A DNA stretch of 64,000 nt from Eledone cirrhosa (taxonomy: Eukaryota): assembly GCA_964016885.1 (NCBI GenBank), contig OZ024748.1, positions 32,116,001-32,180,000 of the forward strand, in the 5' to 3' direction. The notes under the pieces were generated by a model. It was given only the letters and a program-made list of their open reading frames with translations. It made no database searches and was not told the origin of the DNA. How positions within the stretch are numbered: position 1 is the stretch's first letter; every line of letters starts with the position of its first letter. This document shows positions 27,050 to 42,027 of the stretch, one piece after another. The translations under genes were made by a program, and so were the position numbers.

Positions 27050-27356
27050 CTTGTCCAATTGCGTTGCATTAAGTAATCTTTACAAGAGAACGGTTTATCA
27101 CAGACATCACAGTGATATAGTTCCTCTCCTGTATATGTTAGTGTCTAGTGAAGCCACAACATTTAGAGAAGGATTTACCAAATATATGGTAAATCTTGCT
27201 TTAAGTGATATAGCTTCCCAGCTGTATGTATATGTTTGTGTGTAGTTAATGTAACCTTTAAAGAGAATGATTTCCCTCAGATGTCACAATGATATGTATT
27301 TGTATTCTCATTAATTCACAAATTTGAGGGAATGATTTATCACTGAAGTCAATGCG
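27050..27356 (-). pseudogene. Decayed zinc-finger units downstream of the ZNF stop codon
   Basis: Remnants such as tatcattgtgacatctgagggaaatcattctct and tatcactgtgatgtctgtgataaaccgttctct, with indels and stops. Confidence 0.7.
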
Positions 27357-28565
<1,209 letters not shown>

Positions 28566-29289
28566 TCAGTTAATATCTGAAGATAATACAAACTTTTTTT
28601 TCATCCAAGTTTAGTTAAAATACAAAACCATCTCATAGTGAGGAAAATAAACTCTCAATTTTACAGATTTATATAATCAGTGTTATATAAGATCTGAGAA
28701 AGTTTTATTCTTAAAATGATGATAAATCGAGGCGATGTATCCAAGATTGAAAATAATAATTTATCCCAATGCCATCTGGTATTCTGAAATGAAAAAGAAA
28801 CAGTATGAGATAATACAGAATACTTTAGAAACAGTGGAAATTTTATATTTCTATATTGATAAACTGTAGATATCAACTTTCCTGTCCAGAGCAATTCTCT
28901 CCAATATAAGCAGTGGTATTCCAGCATGCTATATAAATTATAACCCTCTATCTCTTCGGAGGTCTGCTCTATGGCAGTTTAGCAAAAAATTCATTCTTAT
29001 AGAACTGATAAGAAACAGTATGAGATAATAGAGAATACTTAATTTACAGAGATAGATTTAACAGTGGAAATTTTACATTTTTACCACATTTCCCAGCGTC
29101 AAAGACATTACTTTTTCCCTAATATAAGTCTCAAAAATCTACCAATACGTCCTGGAGGCCGAAGGTTGTTTATTATTTTTTTTTTCAAAAATTTTGATGA
29201 CTTCGGCGCCTGTAAAAACTGTACATTGGTAAACTGTAGAAATATACCTTTATTTATATAAACCAAGGCTATTTATATGTCAAACTACA

Positions 29290-30078
29290 GCTGCACCATG
29301 ACTATAGCGGTGTCATCTAGTACAGAGCCCCAAAACTGTGGTAACCTTATGAGATGGGTTTGGCTCGGCCGACTGGCTACCCTCCCCATAGTGGCACAGC
29401 CAACTGACCAGCCCTTCTCGAAACTGTACCATCCAGTACCAGTCCCCATAACTATGGTAACGTCATGAAAAAGGTTTGGCGCAGCTGGCTGGCCACCTCT
29501 CCTCATAATGGTGCCACCCAGTAACAGGCCCCAAAATTATAGTTGCACCGTGAGATGGGTTCAGTGCATCCAACTGGCCTGTCCCTCCTCATAACAGAGC
29601 CATCCAGTTCCACACTGTAAACATGGTTCATGATAGGAAGGGAATCCAGCTGTAAAATACCCGACCAAATGTACAGATCTCGCCTGAGCAAGGTGTGACA
29701 CATGGCCAACCCTGGCCAGACTTGCCTTCTGGCGTGGATGACCCGTCTAATCCATGCGAGAATGGAAGAATGGACGTGAAATGACACAGACATATATATA
29801 TATATATATATCCCACCCACACTGGACATATAAAAGACACAGCAAAAAACACCGATCCCACACTGTAAAGTGGGCATGTAGGTGTCTTGGGAAATGTACC
29901 CAGTCCACACTGTCAATGTGGTTGGCGTTAGGAAGGACATCCAGCCGTAGAAAGCTAGCCAGAAACACCCCTATATGAGTTAGACACGGTCACCTGACCC
30001 AACTTGCCTCTAAATGGGACCCATCTAACCCATGCTAGCGTGGAAGATGGATGTTAATTGATGATGATGATGATGATA
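29290..30078 (+). mobile_element. Two RTE-tail-related non-autonomous elements (29290-29785, 29815-30078)
   Basis: taggaagggaatccagctgta and ttaggaaggacatccagccgta motifs; the second copy has ctaacccatgctagcgtggaag and a (GAT)n tail. Confidence 0.7.
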
Positions 30079-30514
30079 TATAATAAAATGTTGTAGTTTG
30101 CTTGAAGCATTCTATATAAAATATAACGTTGAAAGAGATAGAAGGCTAAACAATGCAAAATGGACTGTAAGATGAGGTAAGGAAAAGTGAAAGTTACCTG
30201 GTAATATTTGTTTTGTTATTTTATTGTTCTTTTATTTGTCCAATATTGCGGGACATAAAAGTCCTTTCTTCTGGGTTTAACCCTTTAGCATTTACATTAC
30301 TACATATATACTATTATATTTCCATGGTAAAGGCTTTACCTCACATATGTCACATAATATCGAATCAATGAGATTTTGATTTTATTTATATTGAAAACAA
30401 TACCATAACATCAGTATGAGTTACAGCTGGTTTAAAACGAAAAAGGGGACAGAAGGGGATTAAATTTTGACTTTGATTAAAATCTTTTCCAAGTCATTTT
30501 CAAGCATTTTATAA

Positions 30515-31329
30515 AATTGATGGAAGCTATGAAGTAGGAAGACCTGGGATGAGGTGATAAAAGCTTACCTTACACAATTGATGGAAGCTATGGAGTAGGA
30601 AGACCTAGTTTGAGGTGACAAAAGCTTACCTTACACAATTGATGGAAGCTATGGAGTAGGAAGACCTAGTTTGAGGTGATAAAAGCTGACTTCACACAAT
30701 TGATGGAAGCTGTGAAGTAGGAAGACCTAGTTTGAGGTGATAAAAGCTGACTTCACACAATTGATGGAAGCTATGGAGTAGGAAGACCTAGTTTGAGGTG
30801 ATAAATCTGACCTCACACAATTGATGGAAGCTATGGAGTAGGAAGGCCTAGTTTGAGGTGATAAAAGCTGACCTCACACAATTGATGGCAGCTATGGAGT
30901 AGGAAGACCTAATTTGAGGTGATAAAAGCTGACTTCACACAATTGATGGAAGCTATGGAGTAGGAAGACCTAGTTTGAGGTGATAAAAGCTGACCTCACA
31001 CAATTGATGGAAGCTATGGAGTAGGAAGACCTGGGATGAGGTGATAAAAGCTGACCTCACACAATTGAAGGAAGCTATGGAGTAGGAAGACCTAGTTTGA
31101 GGTGATAAAAGCTGACCTCACACAATTGATGGAAGCTATGGAGTAGGAAGACCTGAGATGAGGTGATAAAAGCTGACCTCACACAATTGATGGCAGCTAT
31201 GGAGTAGGAAGACCTAGTTTGAGGTGATAAAAGCTGACCTCACACAATTGATGGAAGCTATGGAGTAGGAAGACCTGGGATGAGGTGATAAAAGCTGACC
31301 TCACACAATTGAAGGAAGCTATGGAGTAG
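30515..31329 (+). repeat. 61-bp minisatellite, 13 full units plus a partial, derived from RTE C-terminal coding sequence
   Basis: Unit aattgatggaagctatggagtaggaagacc(tgggat|tagttt)gaggtgataaaagctgacctcacac; starts at 30515, 30576, 30637 ... 31307. Confidence 0.95.
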
Positions 31330-31649
31330 TAAGTTAAGTACGGTTGTTTGAGGAAGACCAGCAGTCACCCATGTATACCAGTCTGTCACTCCATGCCACC
31401 AATGTTGTCCAAGGGAAAGGCAATGGCTGATACAGCTTGTTACCAGTGACATCACAACATATATATATACACTATATACTGTGTACACTATATATTATAC
31501 ACAATATATGATGTTGTCCAAGGGAAAGGTAATGACTGATACAGCTTGGCACCAGTGATTTCACAACATATATACTATATATATATATACACTATGTATA
31601 ATATATATACACTATATATATATACTGTAGACTATGTACAGTATATATA

Positions 31650-34600
31650 GAATTCAAATTCTCCACTTTTCTCTCGGATTTTCAATTAATATTTTACATG
31701 TTTTTAAATATATGTCTCATTCTGTTGGACCCTTCCTAAAAACTGATCTTCTCCTAAGATTACCCATAAAGTTGACTCAATAAGCAGTGTTTTAAACTTC
31801 TATTTATGCCAGTCTAGAATTCAAATTCTCAGTTTTTCACTTAATATCTTAAATGTTTTTAATAATATGTCTCATTCTGTTGGACCCTTCCTAAAGTTAC
31901 CCATTTCCCACCCTATATCGTCCAATCATAACTCAGCGGTTTTAGTAAGTTCTCAGTAACAAATCAGTATAGCAAAGCTACCACCTCGGTTACTACTCCT
32001 TAAGTTTAGACCTGTTTGATGGGTGGACTGCAGAATTTAGAAAGTCTAAGCACTCAATGACAATGTCACAGATAAAGATAAATTCTCCTCCCGCTGCAGG
32101 ATGACCAACATAATTCCGTCTCCCACACCCCTCCATCCCAACTTCAGAGTTGGTACCATGAACGTAGGCACATTGAAAGGTCGCTCTAACGAGGTTGTGG
32201 AAATGCTTGAATGTAAAGAAGTTGATGTTTATTGTATTCAAGAGACTAGGTGGAGAGGTGGGTCTGCCAGATTCATCGTGGGTAAAAAAAACGATGCTTA
32301 TAAGCTTTTCTGGGTGGGAAATGACAACGGACTCGGTGGTGTAGCAATTATGTGAGCTGAAAAATGGGTAGATAAGGTAATTGACGTAAATAGAGTGAAT
32401 GACAGAATAATTAAAATAAAACTAGTCCTAAATAGAACTACTGTGACAATAATATCTGCTTATGCACCCCAATCTGGTCTACCTGATGTTATAAAGGACA
32501 GGTTCTATGAGATGCTAATGCACACTACCTCCCAAATAATCGACAGCGACTACTTAATTATTGCTGGTGATCTAAACGGCCACATTGGACAACATAGTGA
32601 TGGCTATGATCGAATCAATGGAGGCTATGGGGTTGGAAATAGAAATGAGGAGTGCTTCAGAATCCTGGAATTCTGTGACGCTATTAACCTAACTGTCTGT
32701 AACACAAGCTTCAAAAAACGTGAAAACCACTTGATCAACTTGATCAGGGGAACACGCCAGCCAGATAGATTATATCCTTACTAGAAGACGTGACAAAGTG
32801 TCTGTTGTAAAAACTAAATCCCTCCCCTGTAAAGAATGCACCTCCCAACATAGCCTAGTAGTTAGGAATAGACGTACTTGACGACAGAAGCCTACATTGA
32901 GAAAAAAAATATGGAAGTTAAAGGACCCCATAGCCAGTGACAAATTTAAAAGCTTATTACTTGATGCCTTTGACAATAAGGAAGAGCAATTACAGACGTG
33001 GAATATAGAGGAACCTGCTGAAAGCAATGGATGAAATCTGTGGCTGGAGCAGACCTATTGGCAGGAGGAGAGTAACTTGGTGGTGGAACAGTAAGGTGGA
33101 GGAGACAATCAAGGCCAAAAAGCAGGTTTGGAAAGTATGGCAGGATGGGGGAAGTAGAGAGCACTATCAAGTGGCCAGGAGAGAAGCTAGGAGACAAGTG
33201 TACTTTGCAAAAAGGGAAGCAGAGGAAAGAAAGTTCAAGCATGTTCTACAACGCGAGGACCAAAAATGTGAGGTGTTCAGGATTGCTGGACAATGTGTCA
33301 AGGAAAACCATGTGTCCGTAATGATAACGGTGTACTTGGCCTCACTGATGCTGATAAGAAGATAGCCTGGAAGTGTCACTACAAGAGATGATTAAATGAG
33401 GAGAATTTATGGGAAAAAGATAGTCTGCTCCACATCGATCCAATAGAAGGACCAGTGGTGCAAGTTAAAGGTAGTATAATAAGTAACGCAATCAAAGATA
33501 TGAAGACAGGCAAGGCAGCTGGGCCTTCAGAGATAGTTGCTGAGATGTTGAAGGCATCTGGAATGGTGGGACATACTGTGGCCACCCGTATAGTTAACCA
33601 AGTAATACAGAATGGGGTCATACCAAAGACTGTGGTAGCAGCATCATCATTAACTGCTACAAGGGTAAAGGGGCTGCTCTAGATAGGGGAAACTATAGAG
33701 GCATCAAGTTAGTTGATCAGGTCATGAAGGTCAGAGAAAGAGTTATAGCGCAACTAATCAGAGAGCAAATTGATCTAGATAAAATGCAGTTTGAGTTTGT
33801 ATCAGGTAAAAGTACCACAGACGCTCTTTTCCTTGTACGACAACTACAGGAGAAGTACCTAGCTAAAAATAAACCCCTCTACTTAGCTATTGTAGATCTG
33901 GAGAAAGCCTTTGACAGAGTGCCCCGCTCCATTATCTGGTGGGCTCTTAGAAAACCAGGTGTAGATGAAAGGCTTGTGAGAGCTATACAAGCTATGTACA
34001 AAGAAACAGTCAGTAAGGTTAGAATTAACAATGAATATTGTGAAGAATTTATTGTAAAAGTTGGTGTTCATCAAGGCTCTGTCATTAGCCCCCTCCTATT
34101 TATTATTGCCCTTTAGGCTATAACAGAGGAGTTCAAGACTGGCTGCCCATGGGAACTCCTATACGCAGATGATCTCACTCTCATAGCTGAATCTATGGCT
34201 GAACTAGAGAAGAAAAAACATGGAAGCATGGCCTAGAATCAAAAGGCCTTAAAGTTAACTTGTCTAAGACTAAAGTTCTATTTTGTAGAAAGGAAAATAG
34301 AGCACAGGTGCCCTCAGGGAAATGGCCATGCTCAGTATGTAGGAAAGGAGTAGGCAGAAATTCCATTCTATGTCCCAAATGCAAACTATGGGTACATAAA
34401 AGATGTAGTGGGATCACAGGTAAACTATCTAAGAATGTAGACTTTATATGTGGCCAATGCTCAGGTGCAAGAAGTAGCAAGTGTCCACAGGATATTAGCT
34501 CCTTCTATTGCCCAGATGGTTCTATAGAAATTATGGACACCTTCCGTTACCTGGGTGACAAAATCAGCAGTGGTGGAGGGTGTTCTGAAAGTACAGTAGC

Positions 34601-35690
34601 CAGAGTCAGAACGGGATGGAAAAAGTTCAGAGAGCTTATCCCACTATTGGCCGCTAAAGGTTTCTCTATAAAAATTGAAAGGCAGATTGTATGATGCCTG
34701 TATACGAACAACAATGTTACATGGCAGTGAGACATGGGCTTTGTGTGCAGAGGATCTGCACAGACTGGAAAGGAACGAAGCTTGCATGCTCCGTTGGATG
34801 TGTAATAGTAATATACGTGAACAGCAAAGCATAAATGAACTAAGTGAGAAATTAGGAATAAGAGGGATCAGATGCTGTTTACTTGAGAGAAGACTACGTT
34901 GGTATGGCCACGTGATGCGCATGAAAGACGACAGCTTTATAAAAAAGTGCAGGGCGAGCAAAATTGATGGTAGTTACGGAATAGGTAGACCCGGAAATAC
35001 CTGGGACGATCTGATAAATTCCGACCTTACACCTCTCGAAGACAATGTCACTGGGCTGAGATCTTTGGCGCTACGCAGTAATACAGAAGACCCGCCATGC
35101 CTATGTATAAAGCGAAACCAAAAGTCAGTAGCCACCTCTTAACCAAATATACACCCCAACCCACTACCCCATCCTCCCACTCCCACCAACACCACCCTCT
35201 CTCTGTAAAGTTGGTACCACAACATCCAGTCCAAATAAATGAGATAATTGTTTCTACTTTAGGCACAAGGGCAGCAATTACCCAGTACATTACTGGTACT
35301 TTATTTTATCGACCCCGTAAGGATGAAAGGCAAAGTTAACCTCGGCGGGATTTGAACTCAGACTGTAAAGGGATGTAACTATGCTAGAAAGCATGGCGTC
35401 CAACACTCTGAGATAATGAGATCGAGTTTGTGTAGGTGTCACGAAAAATAAACACACAGTCCACGCTGTAATGTGGCCTTGTAGGTAACACGGTAAAAAG
35501 TTCCCAGTTCCACACTGTAAATGTGGTTGGTGTTAGGAAGGGCATCCAGCTGTAGAAAACCTGCCATATAGTCCTATATGAGTGAGACACGGTCACCCGA
35601 CCAACCTTGCTTCAAGTGGGACAACTCCCGTCTAACCCATGCTAGCATGGAAGATGGACGTTAAACGAAGATGATTATGATGATGATGAT
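31650..35690 (+). mobile_element. Near-full-length RTE LINE with multiple frameshifts and stops
   Basis: APE endonuclease (VGTMNVGTL, CIQETRW, SAYAPQ, GDLNGHIG), RT, PHD-like insert and (GAT)n tail at 35670-35690. The 5' boundary is approximate. Confidence 0.92.
35245..35410 (-). mobile_element. SINE family A inserted in the RTE 3' UTR
   Basis: Absent from the equivalent position of the next RTE (39830-39845); flanked by duplicated aatgagat. Confidence 0.75.
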
Positions 35691-35907
35691 ATACATATTA
35701 TAGATACAATATGTACAGTATATATTATACACTATATATGATGTCCAAGAGAAAGGCAATGGCTGATACAGCTTGGCACCAGTGATATCACAGCATATAT
35801 ACTATATATACATATATATATTACACTATGAACAATATATATACACTATGTACAGTATATATAAACCATACATATAATATATACACTGTGTACAGTATAT
35901 ATACACT

Positions 35908-38900
35908 ATTATTAATGGTCAGTCCACTTCTACAAAATGTAATGTAAAAATACCATTTCTTCTTGTCTCCCCACCCTTCGGTTCATTCATCCATATATCT
36001 GTATAATCGCCCAGAATCCAAATCCTACTTCTCAATGCTATTCTATAATTCTGTCTGGCTGTTCTAAATAATCTTGTGTATTTTAATTGTTTGTTACTGT
36101 TTCGCTAACTACCATTTTTGGCCGAAATTTTCCAGGATTCATAAAAATGGCCTCTCTCGGCCCTCTAAATCTCTATCACCCCCCCCCCCCCCTCTATCAC
36201 ATATGTGACTGTTCGTCCCTCTCTCTCTCTCTCTCTCGATCACTCCCTACTCGCACCAAATATAAATAAACCTGTTACGAGGTATGAATCTCAGAATCTG
36301 TCAACTCTTATTAATGGTCAGTCCACTTCTACGAAATGTAATGTAAAAATACCATTTCTTCTTGTCTCCCCACCCTTCGGTTCATTCATCCATATATCTG
36401 TATAATCGCCCAGAATCCAAATCCTACTTCTCAATGCTATTCTATAATTCTGTCTGGCTGTTCTAAATAATCTTGTGTATTTTAATCGCTTGTTACTGTT
36501 TATTGCTTTATTTAAAACCTTCTCACTAACTACCCCATACCCCTCCCTCCCGCCCCCACTCTCCACCATTTGGACCAATCATACGTCAGCGGCCTATGCT
36601 TTCACTTCTCCTGGTTGCTTTTCGATATGATGGATGGACTAAGGAATTTCTGGAGAGTCTGAAGAATCTGGACACTCGGAGACAATGCCAAAGATCACGA
36701 CAAATTCACCTCATGCTGCCGGATGAAAGGGCAAGGACACCTCCTCTTTGTTTCGGCCGCGGATGGCCAACATAACCCCAACCCCATCCCCCTCACCCCT
36801 CCCTGCGCCCCACCCACCAAACGCAATCCAAAACTTCAGAGTTGGTACCATGAATATAGGCACCTTAAAAGGCCGCTCTAACGAGGTTGTAGAAATGCTT
36901 GAACGTAAGGAGGTTGATGTTTGCTGTATCCAAGAGACCAGGTGGAGGGGCGGGTCTGCTAGATTCATTGTGGGTAAAAAACGATGCTATAAGCTTTTCT
37001 GGGTGGGAAATGACAATGGGCTGGGCGGGGTAGGAATCATGTTAGCAGAAAAATGGGTGGATAAGATAATAGACGTAAATAGAGTGAATGACAGAATAAT
37101 TAAAATAAGACTTGTTCTAAATAGAACTACTGTGACAGTAATATCTGCGTACGCACCCCAATCCGGACAGCCTGGCGCTATAAAAGACAGATTCTATGAG
37201 ACACTGATGCTCACTACCTCCCAAATAACCGACAGTGACTATATAATTATTGCTGGCGACCTAAATGGTCACGTTGGACAACATTGTGACAGTTATGACG
37301 GAATCCATGGAGGCTATGGGTTTGGTACTAGAAATGAGGAAGGCTCCAGAATCCTGGAATTCTGTGACGCAAATAACCTAACTATCTGTAACACTAACTT
37401 CAAAAAACGAGACAATCACTTGATCACCTACAGATCAGGGGAACATATCAGCCAGGTAGATTATATCCTTACCAGAAGATGTGACAGAGTGTCTGTTGTA
37501 AACACTAAATCCCTCCCCCATGAAGAATGTACCTCCCAACATAGACTCATAATTAGCGACCTCATAGTCAGGACGAGACGTACTCGACAACAGAAGAGGA
37601 CTATCCTCAGGAGAAAAATATGGAAGCTAAAGGACCCCACAGCCAGTAATAAATTTAAAAGCATATTACTTGATGCTTTCGACAGTAAGGAAGAGCAATT
37701 AGAGTCGTACAATATAGAGGAACAGTGGGATTTCCTGAAAGCAAACCTGCTGATGGCGGCAGACGAAGTCTGCGGCTGGAGCAGGCCTGTAGGCAGGAGG
37801 AGAGTAACGTGGTGGTGGAACAGTAAGGTGGAGGAGTCAATTAAGGCCAAAAAGCAGGCTTGGAAAGTATGGCGGGATGGGGGAAGTAGAGAAGACTATC
37901 AAGTGGCCAGGAGGGAAGCTAGGAGACAAGTGTACTTTGCAAGAAGGGAAGCAGAGGAAAGAAAGTTCAAGCATATTCTACAATGCGAGGACCAAAAACG
38001 TGAGGTGTTCAGGATTGCTAGGCAATGTGTCAAGGAAAACCGTGATATTGTCGGGGAGAAGTGTGTCCTTAATGATGATGGTGTACTTGCCATCACTGAC
38101 GCTGGTAAGAAGGTAGCTTGGAAGTGTAACTACGAAAGGCTACTAAATGAGGAGAATAAATGGGAGAAAGATAGTCTCCCCCACATCGATCCAATAGAGG
38201 GACCAGCAGTGTTAGTCAAAGGTAGTATAATAAGTAAGGCAATCAAAGATATGAAGATGGGTAAGGCGGCTGGGCCTTCGGAAATAGTTGCTGAAATGCT
38301 GAAAGCTTCTGGAACGGTGGGACACACCATGGACACCCGGATAGTAACTGCTACAAGGGTAAAGGAGATGCCCTAGATAGGGGTAACTATAGAGGCATTA
38401 AATTAATCGACCAGGTCATGAAGGTCACAGAAAAAGTAATAGCGCAACTAATCAGAGAGCGAATTGATCTAGATGAAATGCAGTTCGGGTTTGTGTCAGG
38501 TAAAAGTACCACAGCCACTCTTTTCATTGTACGACAACTACAGGAGAAGTACCTAGCTAAAAGTAAACCCCTATACTTAGCTTTTGTCGACTTGGAGAAA
38601 GCCTTTGATAGAGTCCCCCGTTCCATTATCTGGTGGGCTCTTAGAAAACTAGGTGTTGATGAATGGCTTGTGAGAGCTATACAAGCCATGTATAAAGAAA
38701 CAGTCAGCAAGGTTAGAATTAACAACGAATATAGTGAAGAGTTTAGCGTAAATGATCTAACGCTCATAGCTGAATCAATGGCTGAACTAGAGAAGAAATT
38801 CCAAACATGGAAGCATGACCTAGAATCAAAAGGCCTTAAAATTAACCCGTCTAAGACTAAATTTCTAGTTTGTAGGAAGGAAAATAGGGCACAGGTTCCA

Positions 38901-40077
38901 TTTGGGAAAAGGCCATGCTCAGTGTGTAGGAAAGGAGTAGGTAGAAACTCCATTTTATGTCCCAAATGCAAAGTATGGGTGCATAAAAGATGTAGTGGGA
39001 TCACAGGTAAGCTAACTAAGAACATAGATTTTATATTTGGCCGGTGCTCTGGTGCAATAAGTAGCAGCAAGTGCCCACAGAATACTAGCTCATTCCATTG
39101 CACAGATGTTTCTATAGAAATAGTGGACACCTTCCATTACTTGGGTGACAAAATCAGCAGTGGTGGAGGGTGCTCTGAAAGTACAGTTCCTAGAGTCAGA
39201 ACGGGATGGAAAAAGTTCAGAGAGCTTATACCACTATTAGCCGCTAAAGGGTTCTCTCTAAAAATGAAAGGCAGGCTGTATGATGCCTGCATACGAACAA
39301 CAATGTTACATGGCAGTGAGACCTGGGCATTGTGTGCAGAGGATATATGCAGACTGGAGAGGAACGAAGCTTGCATGCTCCGCTGGATGTGTAATAGTAA
39401 TATACGTGAACGGCAAAGCATAAACGAACTAAGGGAAAAATTAGAAATAAGAGGGATCAGATGCTGTTTACTCGAGAGAAGACTGCGTTGGTATTGTCAC
39501 GTGATGCGCATGAAAGACGACAGCTGTATAAAAAAGTGCAGGGCAATAAAATAGACGGTAGCCACGGAGTAGGCAGACCCAGAAAAACCTGGGACGACTT
39601 GATAAATTCCGACCTCACACACTTACACCTCTCCAAGACAATGTCACTGGACCGAGATCTTTGACGCTACACAGTAATACAGAAGACTCGCCTTACCTAA
39701 GTACAAAGTGAAACCTACTACAGTCAGTAGGCACCTCTAACAAAAATACACCCCCGTCCCACTACCCCCACCCCATCCACACCACCCCTTTCAATGTAAA
39801 GTTATGTTGGTACCACAACATCCAGTCCGAAACAAATGAGGTCGTGTAGGTGTCACGACAAAAAAAACACACAGTCCACGCTGTAGGTAACACGGTAAAA
39901 ACCTCCCAGTCCACACTGTAAACATGGTTGGTGTTAGGAAGAGCATCCAGCCGTAGAAAACCCGCCAGACAGTCCTATGCGAGCAAGACAACCACTCTTA
40001 CCTCAAGTGGGAAAACTCCCGTCCAAACCCATGCAAGCGTGGAAGATGGACGTTAAACGATGATGATGATGATGATA
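35908..40077 (+). mobile_element. Near-full-length RTE LINE with internal deletions (lacks the GVHQGS-YADD block)
   Basis: ORFs 36748-38376 (APE + linker) and 38418-39554 (RT reads EEFSV|NDLTLIAES). A ~195-bp 5' segment is duplicated (35908/36308); (GAT)n tail. Confidence 0.93.
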
Positions 40078-40474
40078 TATATGATGTCCAAGAGAAAGGT
40101 AATGGCTGATACAGCTTGGCACAATTGACATCACAACACATATATATACTGTGTATATACACTATATACATATTATATATACACTGTGTACAGTATATTT
40201 ATACACTATATATGTTGTCCAAGAGGAAGGCTATGGCCGATACAGCTTCGCACTAGTGACATCACAACATATATATACACTATATATACTAAAGAAATAT
40301 ATATATATTATACAGTATATATATGTCCAAGGGAAAGGTTATGGCCGATACAGCTTGGCACTAATGACATCACAACATATATATACACTATATATATTAT
40401 ACAGTATATATACACTATATATATGTCCAAGAGAAAGGTTATGGCCGATACAGCTGGGCACCAGTGACATCACA

Positions 40475-40788
40475 GTACATTTGAGAAAAATACAATCAGT
40501 AAAACAGTAATGGAATGAAAAATAGAAACATGTTTTCATAATTAAAGCCTTAAGATGTCCCTTCCTTACGATATACACTTTAATAACATTGAAACTCATT
40601 TAATAAGTTTAAAATTTAAACACTTTTTATTTGGACGTATACCGAGATAAGAAAATAGATATGTTCTAACGAAAAATCCGCGATGTTGCGAGGATTACCG
40701 CGATAGGAAATTAGATACGTTCCAAAGAAATATCCGCGATGTAACGGGACCGCGAAAAGTGAACCGCGATATAGCGGGGGATTACTGT
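40475..40788 (-). mobile_element. Tc1/mariner/pogo-type MITE end (one TIR with sub-terminal cgcg repeats)
   Basis: Minus strand begins TA|cagtaatcccccgctatatcgcggttcac; the partner TIR was not found. Confidence 0.55.
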
Positions 40789-41992
40789 ATATATACACAC
40801 ACAACATACATCTATCTATATACACTCATAACATTTATTTCGATTTTTTTACTTTAAAATGTCGACTGAGGGTGTGTGACAACTGTTTCTTATTTGAGGT
40901 TGTTCCAGTGGTTGAAATATAGACGGAGGTATTTTAAATAATAAAGACAGTCATGATAACAATATATTTTATATCACATGTAACAGTGGAATCTGGTGAT
41001 TGAAAAATAACACATCAACATTTCAGTTTGGAAGTTTTTTTTTATATATATAAAAGTGGAGGAAGAAATATATTTTTCTAATATTGTTATATACATTTTC
41101 ACTTGTATATAATTACTGAATCGTTGTAGGGTTCACATAATTATATTATTTATATACATTAATATAGACATTAAGTAAATCTTTGTCAACTTACCTCCTT
41201 CAGATATAATCAATGTGTTGTGTTGTTAGTTTTTACTAAACAACCAAAGAAATAATCTCTTTGTTATCAAATTAGATGTTTCAAAGATGTTATCAGCTTT
41301 CTTTCACGATATTAACGTTGATGTATCTTCTTCATCTTTAGTCATAAATTGATATCTAGTCAGAATGAAGTGGTGAGGCTGACTTTATGTCTTTAGCTAC
41401 AGATTTGATAGGAAATATATATATATTAGGTTGATATGTGGTCTAAAATATATATATTGTCTATAAATGTCTGATAGCAGATGTTCTGATGAAATAGTAG
41501 TTTTATTACTACAGATTGTAATGGAACTCTTAGTAGACACAATTGTAAAGTAAGAATAGATATGACAGTGTAAGACTGATGTCGGGGAGAGAAAATTGTG
41601 TATATATATATATAATTGTTACACAAGATATAATTAGATTAATTAAAGTTATAATGAAGACAGCAGGTACGTGGTGTCGTTGTGAATGTTTAAACTTTCG
41701 TAACGGTGTCATACGTTAAAAGTCCCTGATATAATTTAATACCTTCATACAGTTCCCATCGTATTTAATTAATTGTAAATCAGGAAGTATCACTCAGTAA
41801 AATATCAATTATATATCAATAAGAAAACCTCTACGTAGTCTCTCTAACTGCTAGAAATAGCAGTGATATTATCCATTACAACTTAGTTTTTTGTTTAAAA
41901 TCTCCAAAGTTTAGTTATACAATCAACAGCAAATCCTTTGTACAAACTTCGGAATAAACTGGAAGACCGTCAGAATATCATTCTCCCTCTTG

Positions 41993-42019
<27 letters not shown>

Positions 42020-42027
<8 letters not shown>

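Larger units (their letters stand above)
31402..40475 (+). repeat. ~110-bp minisatellite interrupted by two RTE insertions
   Basis: Unit (at)gttgtccaagggaaaggcaatggctgatacagcttggcaccagtgacatcacaac plus a TA-rich spacer, at ~31402, 31511, 35740, 40083, 40212, 40322 and 40422. Confidence 0.8.

Noticed and set aside
30277-30464. piggyBac-like MITE (TTAA|ccctttagc...), partly matching 48268-48430 in reverse
   Set aside because: The right TIR is too degenerate to support boundaries.
30515-31329. CRISPR-like appearance (regular period, internal hairpin)
   Set aside because: Whole units are repeated with no unique spacers, there are no cas genes, and the context is eukaryotic.
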